Virus record (IMG/VR): IMGVR_UViG_3300024219_000002
Location: 1,525 to 65,524 of that record
Origin: a virus
Direction: 5' to 3' (one strand)
DNA length: 64,000 nucleotides
Shown here: positions 10,519 to 20,222 of the stretch, piece by piece
Layout: each line of letters opens with the position of its first letter
Position numbering within the stretch: the stretch's first letter is position 1
Notes under the pieces: generated by a model
Told to the model about the DNA's origin: nothing
The model's database searches: none
The model's input: the letters and a program-made list of their open reading frames with translations, nothing else
Translations under genes and position numbers: made by a program

Positions 10519-11253
10519 TTAAGGAGTGAAAAATTGACGCGCAGTTCTTTTCACGAAGTAAACCCCTCGGTAAGGCGGCATCGTATTGTGTCCTTGTCCT
10601 CCGTCTGTGTTCTCGAAAGGAAAAGAGCCATCCTCATTCGCCGGTGTCGTCTGCGCCACCCCCGATGATGCAAGCGGCGCTAGCCATTGCGGAGAACCCG
10701 TCTCGATATTCGCCTTGAATCCCGGCAGCGTGGCAGTCAGGGGAATGGTCGCGGGCAGTTCGTCAGCCGTCAGAACGTGGTTCTCCTCACCACCCGTTCC
10801 GCCTACGCTGACGTTGGTGCTCGCCGGTGCAGGCGACGTGCCGACGCCCAACGGAAACCTGAAATCAAAATCCGTGTCGCGTTCCCACATCGCGCCGGTG
10901 GTGGCGGTCGGTGTGGTAGTGCTTGGATCACTGCCGTCGCCTCCGTCGTAACTCCAGATATCGGCCTCTGCGCCAACGAAGATTCTCCGCTCGTTCGCAT
11001 CGGCAAGGTTGGGGCTTTTCCACCCGCCGTCGTAGTAGTAGAGCCTACCGTCACTGGTTTTGAACCAGAGCGAATCCAGACGGTCAGCAACCGACGGCTC
11101 GGTGTTGCTGTTGATTATCTTGTTGAAGCTGCCCGGAAGATAACCGGAGAGACCTGCGGTGATGTCGAGGGCGAATCGCTGAGGCGTGGTAAAACAGTAT
11201 TCCAATCCTCCGGGCAATCCCGCGAAGGTGAATTGGATGCTTGCGTTTTGCAC
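10519..11253 (-). CDS. Tail-collar/short fibre-like protein
   Basis: RFPLGVG...GGTGGEENHVLTADELP...HNTMPPYRGVYFVKR motif typical of tail-collar-associated proteins. Confidence 0.7.
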   Translation of the reverse strand: MQNASIQFTFAGLPGGLEYCFTTPQRFALDITAGLSGYLPGSFNKIINSNTEPSVADRLDSLWFKTSDGRLYYYDGGWKSPNLADANERRIFVGAEADIWSYDGGDGSDPSTTTPTATTGAMWERDTDFDFRFPLGVGTSPAPASTNVSVGGTGGEENHVLTADELPATIPLTATLPGFKANIETGSPQWLAPLASSGVAQTTPANEDGSFPFENTDGGQGHNTMPPYRGVYFVKRTARQFFTP

Positions 11254-11333
11254 TTGGATTGATTGTTACTCTGGATCAGAGCTATATGCAAACATATCCG
11301 GTGAGCAACACGATAGGACGTTTTCGCATTCGT

Positions 11334-13073
11334 TCATAAGTTTCCTCCACTTGGAAGCTCTTGGACTTCCGTACAGTTTATCCTGAGTTGTTTCAACCGA
11401 CCGAATCCGGTCATGTTCAGCAACACCTGAAACTCATATCCGTTGCGATACATCTTTTTCAGGATCGGGTCAAAAGTGTCTGGTGGTTGCACGAACTGAC
11501 GTTTGGGACGGTACTGTTCCTTGTAGTTGGGAAGCGTAGGGCACACGCCGAACTCCCCGGCGCAAAGTTTGTACTTGGCGCATTCCTGCCATGAGTCCCA
11601 GTCAATCCAGCACGGGTAGGAGTCGGGCCGGAAATCCAGATCGAAGTCCACCGTTCCGGCCAGCCGGTCGAAGAACAGGTCGCCAGATTCAAGCTGGTTC
11701 ATGTCGAACTTGCTTCCAAAATCCATGCTGCGGCTCTCCAGCGACCACTGTATCCGAACGTCATCGCCGTTGTTGTCGAAGCGTTCGTCCTTGGTGATTT
11801 CCCACAACTCGATTTTGTCGGATGAGTTGAGCACGTAGGCGAAGCAGCGTTTCACCCCGAAGTGTTTCACGGTGACAACCTGAAGGATTCTCAGTCCGGT
11901 CCAGATGCCTTCCCACGCGGGCGGCAGTTTTCCGCGCATCCCTGTAATCAGGTCGAAGTCCAGCACCACAAGGCAACGGTGGTAGGTACCGTGACCCGCT
12001 GAGAATCCCGGCGCGGCGGTCATCAGCAATCGGTTGTCGAACTCCACGCCGTTGCTGAAGCGAAGGAAATCATCCGGGTCGGCGCTCAGGATGCGGGACA
12101 TTTCGCTGCTGATCGGAGTGTTCCCCCACTGTCCCGAATTTCTTACGGAGAACGCGAGCGACCGTATGCCGTCGTTGCTGCGGTAAAACAAATCCTCGTT
12201 CACGTTCACCACCGACGATTGGGAGAAAGAACCGTTGGCCAGTTGAACCATTCTCTGCAAAGGTTGGCTGGTGTTCTTCCATGTCGCGCGATCCTGAGGC
12301 ACCAATGTTGAGAACACCGTGCTTTCGGTGAACACGATCAACTCTCCTTGACCCAGCACCGTGTTGATATTGGCGATGGGTTTCAAGGCGGTGATGTCTC
12401 CGGCCTGTGTCGGCACGGCAAAAGAGCCGCCTTCGTTCAGAAACGTGTTCTCCTCGAACTTGAGCATGGAATCCCGATAGCCAAGCCCGGCGGTGCCATT
12501 CGGTCCAAAGACAATATCACCTCCAAGATACTCTCGCCCGCGAGCCACCCACAACCGGCCCATGTAATAGACGATCTGGTTGGCGGTCGGGACTTCGTTG
12601 GGCAGGGCGCGTCGGGCAGAGGCGCCGTTATAGATGAAAGGTTTGCTCACCCCATCCTGGATGATGAAATAATTCTCACCCTGGCAACACCACGCCTGAT
12701 CCACGTTCGGAAGGTTGTAGTCGCCGGCAATCGAAATTTCCTTTACGGCAAACGTGTTGTTGTTTGAGAGGTTGATCTGGAAGATGCGACCGCCTGCGGA
12801 GTTTATCAGCGTTCCGGAGCCGTCGTCGGGATTGTAGTCACCGGACACCTGAAAGAGTCCATCCTCGAAAGCTGATTGAACATCCTCCGACTCGAACTCA
12901 AGCGTTCTCTTGTGAAATCCGGGGCGGCATTGCGCCCAGCCTCCGCGAAACGTGGCGTTGATCGCAAACGCCCACTGATTCTTTTCTATGAGGTTTGGAG
13001 TTCGTCCGGAATCGACTCCCGCTTCGCTGGAAATGTAACCGTCCGATCTTCGTTTTGGAGCGTGCGTGGCCAC
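11334..13073 (-). CDS. Tail nozzle / tail tubular protein B-like (beta-propeller)
   Basis: 579 aa, beta-rich (YMGRLWVA, GDITAL, LIVFTES, DLFYRSNDGIRSL); position in the tail block. Confidence 0.65.
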   Translation of the reverse strand: MATHAPKRRSDGYISSEAGVDSGRTPNLIEKNQWAFAINATFRGGWAQCRPGFHKRTLEFESEDVQSAFEDGLFQVSGDYNPDDGSGTLINSAGGRIFQINLSNNNTFAVKEISIAGDYNLPNVDQAWCCQGENYFIIQDGVSKPFIYNGASARRALPNEVPTANQIVYYMGRLWVARGREYLGGDIVFGPNGTAGLGYRDSMLKFEENTFLNEGGSFAVPTQAGDITALKPIANINTVLGQGELIVFTESTVFSTLVPQDRATWKNTSQPLQRMVQLANGSFSQSSVVNVNEDLFYRSNDGIRSLAFSVRNSGQWGNTPISSEMSRILSADPDDFLRFSNGVEFDNRLLMTAAPGFSAGHGTYHRCLVVLDFDLITGMRGKLPPAWEGIWTGLRILQVVTVKHFGVKRCFAYVLNSSDKIELWEITKDERFDNNGDDVRIQWSLESRSMDFGSKFDMNQLESGDLFFDRLAGTVDFDLDFRPDSYPCWIDWDSWQECAKYKLCAGEFGVCPTLPNYKEQYRPKRQFVQPPDTFDPILKKMYRNGYEFQVLLNMTGFGRLKQLRINCTEVQELPSGGNL

Positions 13074-13074
13074 A

Positions 13075-14505
13075 TCAAGGGATGTAGTTCAGTTCCACCA
13101 CGCGAGCATGAGCAACCCACCGGATGTTGGTCGCGGCTGCTCCGGTAACAGCGAGCTTCAAAGAATCGTTGGCAACATCGGCGCTGATTGCGAATTGTCC
13201 TACAAGTCCCCAGCCGGCGCCGATTGATCCGGCGTCGGCGGCGATGATGGCGATGGTCGCGGCGGCGGTCATCGCCGGGACTCCTCCGACATTCTTGATT
13301 GAGCCTTTCGCCTCCCACGATGCTGTGTCTCCGGTCGTTTCCTCGCGTCCAACGAGAAGAAGTTTGAACACCCAGGAAGTGTCAGCCCGGACAACAGCTC
13401 GGGCGACCGTATTGTCCAAGAATAACTCGGTCGGGGTTGCATCGGTCGTGGCGCCAAACCAGATCAACTCCGTCGCCTGCGCGTCACCGATGTTTTCAAA
13501 AAGTCCATTGGCGTGGGAAACCTGTCCGATCAAATCGGTTCGTGCGGAGAATCCTCCGGTGATGGTACTGTTGGCTGCGGTCGCGTCGTTATTCTTTCCT
13601 CCAACCACAACAGCCGCAGAACCGGAAGCGATGTTGGAATGGCCGCCGCCCACCGCGCTACTGACCCCGCTGGCGACATTGCCATCACCCCCAGCCACCG
13701 TTGCGTATGTGTTGCTGGATTCGTTGAGCAACCCACCACCAACCGAGCTGTTGAGCGCGGAAGCGGTGTTCCCCTTTCCACCGGACACAACCGACTCCTG
13801 ACCGCTGGCAACGTGTGTCGCAACCGTGCGCTGCACCTGAAGATCGACGGCGCTTGTCCCGCGGGCGTTTCCTCCCGAACCGCTCGCTTGAATCGCGCCG
13901 TCGTCTGTGATGACAACAAATGAATCCTGCAATGGAACTGGTTTCCCGGAAGTGCCATCATACCTCGGGATGCCGTTGTCCTGAACAACTGTGTTCGGCT
14001 GCACGGTGACGTAATTGACGCCAAGCACTTGCGCGGAGTCCGCGGCGAGAACCTTGCCGTTTGTTCCCACCGGAATTCTGGCAGCCGCCGAATCGTATCC
14101 CTGAATGTCTCCCTTGGTGGTGAGTGAGCTTGCGCCCGATGCGCCGTCGGCTCCCGGCTCTCCCTTCTCGCCCGCAGGACTGACCTGCGAAGATGCCGGC
14201 ACTATGGTTGTCGGAGGAGAGTTCGCATCCAACGCGAGGTTCTCAAGCTCAAGGCTTGTGCTGGACGGTTTGGAGATGACTTCGTAAAACCCACCGCCTT
14301 CGACGAAAACAATCTGCCCAACTGCCGCCCATTCGGAGGTTAGAACATCTACCGTGACATTTGCGTTGTCTACTGGTTGGGTGAAGTCTGCAGACGTAAG
14401 AGTGAAAGCGTTTACTCCGTTGGTCCCGTCGTTGCCATCAGCACCGTCGGCGCCTTGTGGGCCGGGGATATTCTCCACAACCGGGTCGGTGCAATCGCAA
14501 CTCAT
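13075..14505 (-). CDS. Tail fibre with collagen-like and adhesin-head-like (S-x-V-x-GG-x-x-N-x-A) repeats
   Basis: GPQGADGADG, GEKGEPGADG; repeated SVVSGGKGNTAS-type units. Confidence 0.75.
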   Translation of the reverse strand: MSCDCTDPVVENIPGPQGADGADGNDGTNGVNAFTLTSADFTQPVDNANVTVDVLTSEWAAVGQIVFVEGGGFYEVISKPSSTSLELENLALDANSPPTTIVPASSQVSPAGEKGEPGADGASGASSLTTKGDIQGYDSAAARIPVGTNGKVLAADSAQVLGVNYVTVQPNTVVQDNGIPRYDGTSGKPVPLQDSFVVITDDGAIQASGSGGNARGTSAVDLQVQRTVATHVASGQESVVSGGKGNTASALNSSVGGGLLNESSNTYATVAGGDGNVASGVSSAVGGGHSNIASGSAAVVVGGKNNDATAANSTITGGFSARTDLIGQVSHANGLFENIGDAQATELIWFGATTDATPTELFLDNTVARAVVRADTSWVFKLLLVGREETTGDTASWEAKGSIKNVGGVPAMTAAATIAIIAADAGSIGAGWGLVGQFAISADVANDSLKLAVTGAAATNIRWVAHARVVELNYIP

Positions 14506-14512
14506 CCATGCT

Positions 14513-14541
14513 TGACTATCACCTTGGGATAATTACGTCAA
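14513..14541 (-). promoter_or_regulatory. Sigma70-like promoter for the tail operon
   Basis: TTGACG-17-TAGTCA ending 7 nt before ATG 14505. Confidence 0.45.
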
Positions 14542-14629
14542 CTTAATTAACCGCCGCCCCAGCGTGGAATCCCACGCCCGGAGCTGTCTCATGTTTAACA
14601 CAGGTTACGAAAGAACGTGAGGCGACGAT

Positions 14630-15124
14630 TTAAGGTTTCTCCGAAGTGATTTCCAGCACCCGGCACTCGCGCTGTTTCTGTCCGGAGAGTTCTTCAAAAC
14701 AAACCGCTACGGCGAGCGCGGCCCACATATGGCTCGACACCCCGTACAAACGGCCACGGTTCTTCTTTGTGCCCGGTGGTCCGAACTTGTCTATGAGAGC
14801 TTGCCGGATGTTTGAGTCCTTTGCCTTCATGGAGTGGCAAAGGTGCATCTTGACCTCTCGCCGATAAACCAGGTGGCATTCGACTTGTCGCGCCTCTGCG
14901 ATTTGCTGAATGCGTCCAATGTGAAGGCAGGTTTCAAATGTCTCGGCGCCGACAGGCATCCCGTAGCACGCGATCATCTCAACGGCCAGCGTAAAGGGCT
15001 TTGATATTCCTTGAAGGAATGTCCGGCATAGTTCGTTGGTTAGCATCGTTGCTTCCTGGACATTGGCGCCGTCCCACTGAACGATGGCTGACTCGGATGG
15101 TCCTGGGTCAATCGCTACTATCAT
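14630..15124 (-). CDS. RuvC-like Holliday junction resolvase
   Basis: MIVAIDPG, LAVE, ALAVA motifs of the RNase H/RuvC fold. Confidence 0.8.
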   Translation of the reverse strand: MIVAIDPGPSESAIVQWDGANVQEATMLTNELCRTFLQGISKPFTLAVEMIACYGMPVGAETFETCLHIGRIQQIAEARQVECHLVYRREVKMHLCHSMKAKDSNIRQALIDKFGPPGTKKNRGRLYGVSSHMWAALAVAVCFEELSGQKQRECRVLEITSEKP

Positions 15125-15363
15125 TTGAACTCCTTTCTCGCCTCGATGCTCTCGCGCTCCAGCCAGTTATGATCGCGCACCACAATGTCCATCCCCGCGC
15201 GCTCCTTGGCCCAGGCGAGTTCGATCCGGGTGGGTTGATCCAATCCAGCGGGCGTTGGTGAAATCGTTGGTGGTGCACTCCGGCTTGGATTTCCTTCGCT
15301 GGTCAGTCCAGCCGCATACATGCGGGCGCGGCGTCGACGCTGGTAGAGGGTGTTAGGTTTCAT
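15121..15363 (-). CDS. Hypothetical protein
   Basis: 80 aa; 4-nt stop/start overlap with the resolvase gene. Confidence 0.6.
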   Translation of the reverse strand: MKPNTLYQRRRRARMYAAGLTSEGNPSRSAPPTISPTPAGLDQPTRIELAWAKERAGMDIVVRDHNWLERESIEARKEFK

Positions 15364-15371
15364 TGTGTGTT

Positions 15372-16091
15372 TCAGAATTGAATTGGTTCACAGAATTCCC
15401 GAAGCCGCCTAATGAGTGCCGGACCTCGGTTGTCTGTCATTCTGGCCGCCAAGGTGTTTCCTGTGTCGTTAGTGGTAACTATGATCGGGAGCTGAAATGC
15501 AAAACGCCTCTCGATCAGACCGAATAATTCAACCTCTGCCCGCTCCGTCATTTTTAGCTTTCCAAGATCATCAAAGAACAGCATTCCCACCGAAGCGGTA
15601 TCTTCCAGCCATGTCTCCGCATCCTCGCTTTTGTAATGCTTGGCAAGTTCGTGCCCAAACCCGACGCAATCAAACCAGCGGAAACTTATTTTTTTCTCAA
15701 CGCTTTCAAATGTCTTACGTATTACCTCCCAAGCTATTCTGGTTTTGCACTTTCCGGTTTCACCGAGAAGTATCAACCCTTTTGAACCATACTTCCACTT
15801 CATGGCTTGCTCATACTGAGATGGAAATCGTGATGTGTCAGATTCCTGGTAAAGTGGCGGGCAAATCTTTTTGAATTCTTCCTTCCTCCGGACCGCCTTA
15901 CATTCCTGGCACACTGACGAAAAACTGTATCCTGTCGAGTACCTCGATGCCTCCGACCATGTCTTAGAACAGTCCTCGCACCGATAGAAGTCTTTTATTT
16001 CAGTCTCAAAATCCGTTGACTGGCTCTGAACCTCTAACTGGCTGGACAGATCGTTGAGTGCCCCCTTGGTTAGTTCCTTCATGTTTTTCAT
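15372..16091 (-). CDS. DnaC/IstB-like AAA+ helicase loader
   Basis: Zn ribbon, Walker A GETGKCKT, Walker B LFFDDLG, IIVTTN, RRLRE. Confidence 0.85.
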   Translation of the reverse strand: MKNMKELTKGALNDLSSQLEVQSQSTDFETEIKDFYRCEDCSKTWSEASRYSTGYSFSSVCQECKAVRRKEEFKKICPPLYQESDTSRFPSQYEQAMKWKYGSKGLILLGETGKCKTRIAWEVIRKTFESVEKKISFRWFDCVGFGHELAKHYKSEDAETWLEDTASVGMLFFDDLGKLKMTERAEVELFGLIERRFAFQLPIIVTTNDTGNTLAARMTDNRGPALIRRLREFCEPIQF

Positions 16092-16827
16092 GGATTATAG
16101 GTTGGTCTTTCGCGGCGTAATAGCCATCGAATTTGGTTTTGTTGAACAGGGTTTCAGGGCGAAGATACTCAGCTTGGTCAGTTCCCAACCACCGCTTACA
16201 CTGTCTCGTTATCATCTGACGAACACCATCAATAGTTACTTCGGATTCATTTAGCCTGGCCGATATAAAGGTAAGGTTTGAATCAGTTTCCCGGAAGTGA
16301 CGACCAGAAGCCTCGTTCAGAATATGCAATGCCGCTCTGGAGTCTTTGTGATAATGACTCCTCTCCCCCTTAACCCCCTCTTTCGATACAGAGGCAGATT
16401 CAGAAGCAGAGGCAGAGGCAGAGTGATTCAATGTAACGCATTTAGCGTTACGTAACGCATTGTAACGATCCCTGTGCTTTTGAACCCTTATCCTGGTAGC
16501 AACTGCCTTTGGGTTAGAACTTAACCTGTCTCTGAACGATAAGTAATTCAGTACAAGCCATCCATCGTCAAGAGTTTCAATCCTCTTCCCGTCATTGTCT
16601 GGAGTTCTGGATTTTGGATCGGGAGATTCAAATTTCGATAGAGCCTCCAGGCAAGCTTCGTTTGTGACTTTTGACTTCCCGGCAAGCCAACCAACCGATC
16701 CTCGAACAAATCCATCAGCGTTACATAACGCCAGTAGCGTTACCCACACCTTGCATGTTTCGGGAGGTTCATCCCAGATAGAGCTGTCAACAATGTCCGA
16801 AAACAGCTTGGTGTATCCGTCGCTCAT
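16006..16827 (-). CDS. Phage replication initiator (replisome organiser)
   Basis: YTKLFSDIVDSSIW N-terminus and C-terminal YLRPETLF..KFDGY motif; adjacent to the DnaC-like gene. Confidence 0.8.
   Translation of the reverse strand: MSDGYTKLFSDIVDSSIWDEPPETCKVWVTLLALCNADGFVRGSVGWLAGKSKVTNEACLEALSKFESPDPKSRTPDNDGKRIETLDDGWLVLNYLSFRDRLSSNPKAVATRIRVQKHRDRYNALRNAKCVTLNHSASASASESASVSKEGVKGERSHYHKDSRAALHILNEASGRHFRETDSNLTFISARLNESEVTIDGVRQMITRQCKRWLGTDQAEYLRPETLFNKTKFDGYYAAKDQPIIHEKHEGTNQGGTQRSVQPVRGSEPVNGF
16389..16467. repeat. Putative replication-origin iterons inside the initiator gene
   Basis: GTAACG x3 including palindrome GCGTTACGTAACGC (16445-16458), plus AGAGGC tandem repeats. Confidence 0.5.
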
Positions 16828-16841
16828 TCTAAAACCCTAAA

Positions 16842-16998
16842 AACGTCAGCCTGTGTGAACGAGCAGGTGAAAACCAAGACGGTAGTCTCAGCCAAGCCTA
16901 CGGGGGCACAGACCGACGTTGTTAAGGTTCTGGTGAACATTCAGTGGCTCGTTCAAAAGTCACGCGAGGAGTTCACCACACTCCCGTCCGACCGTCAA
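16842..16998 (-). promoter_or_regulatory. Promoter and structured leader of the replication operon
   Basis: TTGACG-17-TGAACT; 14-bp stem (16842-55/16907-20) followed by T-run; competing 9-bp pairing 16856-64/16947-55. Confidence 0.45.
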
Positions 16999-17008
16999 CA
17001 AAAATCTC

Positions 17009-17209
17009 TCAGCCCCGCCCCTGCGCCGCTATCCTCGCCTCGATGGATTCACCCACCATCGCCCTCAACTCCTTACCCAGCGCCACCGCCGTCTCCGCAC
17101 GCAACCGCACAAACACCGTCTCCGTACTCGAGCACGCATCCGACAGCGCCGCGATCAACAGCAATAACTCTTGCAGGTCCATACCCCAAATCCTGAGGCA
17201 CAAATCCAC
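17009..17209 (-). CDS. Hypothetical protein
   Basis: 66-aa helical ORF upstream of the replication operon. Confidence 0.4.
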   Translation of the reverse strand: MDLCLRIWGMDLQELLLLIAALSDACSSTETVFVRLRAETAVALGKELRAMVGESIEARIAAQGRG

Positions 17210-17298
17210 CAGTACGCAATAGGCAGTTGACCCGACACGGAGTATGGAAAAAGACTAGCACTTGACAGAACCTGGGAACGTGTGCGATTGGTCTTCGC

Positions 17299-17520
17299 AT
17301 GTCTTTGCCAAATCAATTTCGCCCGCAGCCGCTCCCGAAAGGTGAGCACGGAAAGTCCGGCAAAGACATTTCGCTGCGGGCGAATTCATTTTCTCCATCA
17401 CCAGATTTAGTCTTTGGCCCCAATGGCTGGCAGCCAAGGCCAAAGATAAGCGTCAAACCAAGACACACGCCCAAACAAGCCCGCGAGTTCCGTTACTCCG
17501 AGCGTTGCATGGGCCAGTGA
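17299..17520 (+). CDS. Hypothetical protein
   Basis: 73 aa, downstream of TTGACA at 17262. Confidence 0.35.
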   Translation: MSLPNQFRPQPLPKGEHGKSGKDISLRANSFSPSPDLVFGPNGWQPRPKISVKPRHTPKQAREFRYSERCMGQ

Positions 17521-17768
17521 CCGAGATAGAGCGGGCAGTTGACACAGTAGGGCCGCTGATTGGCCCAATCGCTGCCGAAATGCTGTTCCCGAGCAGGGAA
17601 GCACGCCTCTCGTTAATCAGCACAAGGAGACTCCTCTGCCGTCCGGTTTTACAGCGTGACCCTTCCCGGACCAACCCAATAAGCATGAGCCTTTCACCAC
17701 TCCAGCCGCGCCCATAACCATACTTTTGGTGGAGGACGTGTCTCGTGCGCTAGCATCGTTCTGACTAA

Positions 17769-18380
17769 CTACCTCAACGGAGATGGATGAACCCAATCAA
17801 GCCTATCGCCCTTGTCCTCGTTGTGACGCTTTAACAACGGCTGAAGGTTTAAGTAATTGCAGGCCAAATTCCTCTCAGCCTCATTCGTTAAGTCAAATGA
17901 CGAAATTGGTTTAATGTGATCCACAACCCAATGCTTCCCGTAATTTTCCCACGTCATACCATCGTAAAACTTGGATTCCAAATAATCCCTTAGCTCGCTT
18001 CTTGAGCATCCAATTCTGTTAAGTTTTTTGGTCGTCCTGTTCTTTGGTTGACGCAGAACTTTACGAAGTCGATTACGAAGATTCATGGTCAGCCGGAACA
18101 CAGGATCGGCTTTGTACCTCTCCATGATCCTGTCCGCGCTCCTTCGTATGACAGACTTTCGGAAGGCTGCGTTGGTTCTATATTTTCTCTTTCTCCACTC
18201 ACGCCTCTTAGGGCCTTCAACTCGCTTCCTTTCAGGGTGATTGCGCTTGCACCTGGAGCTGCAGTACCGTGCGCTTTTCCAATGCGTGGTGAATTCTTTC
18301 CCACAGGTGACGCAGAGAGCCTTGAACCCAGGCTTTAATTCCTTCCCACAGTGCGGACAAACTCGCTTTTTCATCAACAC
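17769..18380 (-). CDS. HNH endonuclease with N-terminal Zn ribbons
   Basis: CPHCG, CVTCG..YCSSRC; MTWENYG..WVVDHIKP..NLQPL..N..K. Confidence 0.85.
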   Translation of the reverse strand: MLMKKRVCPHCGKELKPGFKALCVTCGKEFTTHWKSARYCSSRCKRNHPERKRVEGPKRREWRKRKYRTNAAFRKSVIRRSADRIMERYKADPVFRLTMNLRNRLRKVLRQPKNRTTKKLNRIGCSRSELRDYLESKFYDGMTWENYGKHWVVDHIKPISSFDLTNEAERNLACNYLNLQPLLKRHNEDKGDRLDWVHPSPLR

Positions 18381-18631
18381 AGCGTAGGAATTATTCTAGC
18401 ATTGGTCAATAATATAATCCTTGAAAGTAGCCCGTGACGCTAAAGCCTCCCCGCGTGCGAAGGCCACCGGGTCAAAGGGGGCTGCCGGGTCGTCGTGGTG
18501 GCGGCTGGGCCAGAAAAAACAATCCTTTTTCCGTGGGATCGGCTGCAGGCTGGCCAGCCATGTCCGCGGCCGTCGTGGTGATTGGCCAACCAATTAAAGG
18601 CGCACAATGCTAGTTATGGTCACACTGTTGG

Positions 18632-19225
18632 TCAGGCAACCGTGTCCACGTCAATGACTTGCTGCGCTTGTGGTGTTACCGATTCGGCAACCTGGGCCGG
18701 CATACTACCTGTTGTGGCATCGACACCACAAGCTGGCCTCGCAACCTCGCCTCGATCCAGGACTGTCACGTTCCACTGCGGGGCGCTCGCCTGGGCGGAC
18801 CAGCCGTGTAGCTTGTCCCCGGATTCGACAAGCGACTTCAGCGTTCCCGCGCGCTGGATGACTTCCTTGACGTTTTTCGGCGGCTTGGCCTCTAGGACCG
18901 CTGCGGACTGTTCTGTCGCCGTGGCGAGGCTCTGGCGAAGTTTGCGGCTTGCTTCGTTTACGATGGTGGAAGCGTGGGTAGCCAACCTTGCTGTTACAGT
19001 GGCTACCATGCCTGGAGTTGGGCCGGCCATTGCGGCTGTAGCCTGTTGTAGTGCGCGCGCCTTGCCACACGTAACGCCGCGTTTAGCGAGGCCAACGCGC
19101 AAGACTTCGGAGTTTTTCGCTCCTACTTCCACGGCTGCCTGTTCCAGCGTCATGCCGGACATTAGCAACGTAGCAGCCAAAGCGTAGTTGATTCTCTTTT
19201 GTCGGTAGTTTTGTCCGTTCGGCAT
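18632..19225 (-). CDS. HTH protein, candidate terminase small subunit
   Basis: N-terminal HTH-like segment (MTLEQAAVEVG), helical core, C-terminal 'VIDV' tail; no other TerS candidate seen. Confidence 0.45.
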   Translation of the reverse strand: MPNGQNYRQKRINYALAATLLMSGMTLEQAAVEVGAKNSEVLRVGLAKRGVTCGKARALQQATAAMAGPTPGMVATVTARLATHASTIVNEASRKLRQSLATATEQSAAVLEAKPPKNVKEVIQRAGTLKSLVESGDKLHGWSAQASAPQWNVTVLDRGEVARPACGVDATTGSMPAQVAESVTPQAQQVIDVDTVA

Positions 19226-19234
19226 GGCGCGAGG

Positions 19235-19414
19235 TTAGGCGTGAGTGGGCGTGGTCGTCAAGTTAGCACGCCGAACAACGCGCTTGGTTTTCCGACGTTT
19301 CTTTTCCCGTGCGGCAACCATCGCCTTTGCTTGGGCTGAGGTCAGCACGCGCTTGGACTTCGCGCCGCCTTGCGCGCCCCAGCGTTTGAAATCTTCGTCG
19401 GTATAAGTTTTCAT
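19235..19414 (-). CDS. Small basic protein (KGG-like motif)
   Basis: MKTYTDEDFKRWGAQGGAKSKR; 4-nt overlap with the upstream stop. Confidence 0.6.
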   Translation of the reverse strand: MKTYTDEDFKRWGAQGGAKSKRVLTSAQAKAMVAAREKKRRKTKRVVRRANLTTTPTHA

Positions 19415-19899
19415 TTGCGAAGTGCATCCAAGCAACCCATACACGTTCCTATTTCACCTGCTACCAACACACTTCCGCATTGAGAACATTCAGGTTGTTT
19501 TTCCAGCCATAGGGCAGCAGTCCGGCAGATATTGATTTCCTCGGCAAGCCTGCTTTGTCTTTGAGGATCGGACTTTTGAGCCATCAAACGGAGTAGTTCG
19601 GGTTCAAGTTCCAACGCCTGAGTACGCAATCTCGCAATCGCCGGAGCATGAATAGCTAGAGACGCATTTTCTAGTTGGATTTGGAGAGCCGATACTCGCT
19701 TTCGCACGGATTCATCATGCTCAGACCACGTCGTGCCGTCGTTGTGCCAGCCGTCAAGTATTTGTGCCACGTCGCAAAGCACACTGACGGTTTCTTGAAA
19801 TAGCTTCGACACTGCGCAGGCATCGCAGATTTCCATGCTGTCGGCCATTCTGAAGTTGCGCGTCTCACGGTGGCAGAGTTGGCAGGTTGTCACATTCAC
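19411..19899 (-). CDS. Hypothetical Zn-finger protein
   Basis: CxxC pairs at both ends; overlapping start/stop with neighbours. Confidence 0.6.
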   Translation of the reverse strand: MNVTTCQLCHRETRNFRMADSMEICDACAVSKLFQETVSVLCDVAQILDGWHNDGTTWSEHDESVRKRVSALQIQLENASLAIHAPAIARLRTQALELEPELLRLMAQKSDPQRQSRLAEEINICRTAALWLEKQPECSQCGSVLVAGEIGTCMGCLDALRK

Positions 19900-20216
19900 G
19901 CGGCCATCCTCCAGCGATGGCGATTTCCAGCCTCGATGATGTATCGAGCGTTTTCGTCCGTCATGTCCCGTTCATATTGGCTGATGATTCTCGCCAGCCA
20001 CGCCGCCTCTTGGCGGTCTGCCGCCTCGCTGCTGTGCTGGAGTGTTTTCCATGCGGCGCGAGCCACGCGCAGGTCATCAGAGAGATTGCCGTGCTGCGGC
20101 ACTTCGATGAGGTATTGGTTCGTGCCGGGATTATATTGCACGCACTCATTGCTCACGTCGGCGACGTTGCACCAGGCACAGGCTTCTTTGTAGGTCTTGA
20201 AGTGTTTCGTTTTCAT
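19896..20216 (-). CDS. Hypothetical protein (probably leaderless)
   Basis: 106 aa; ATG 6 nt after a -10 box. Confidence 0.65.
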   Translation of the reverse strand: MKTKHFKTYKEACAWCNVADVSNECVQYNPGTNQYLIEVPQHGNLSDDLRVARAAWKTLQHSSEAADRQEAAWLARIISQYERDMTDENARYIIEAGNRHRWRMAA

Positions 20217-20222
20217 GGCTAC

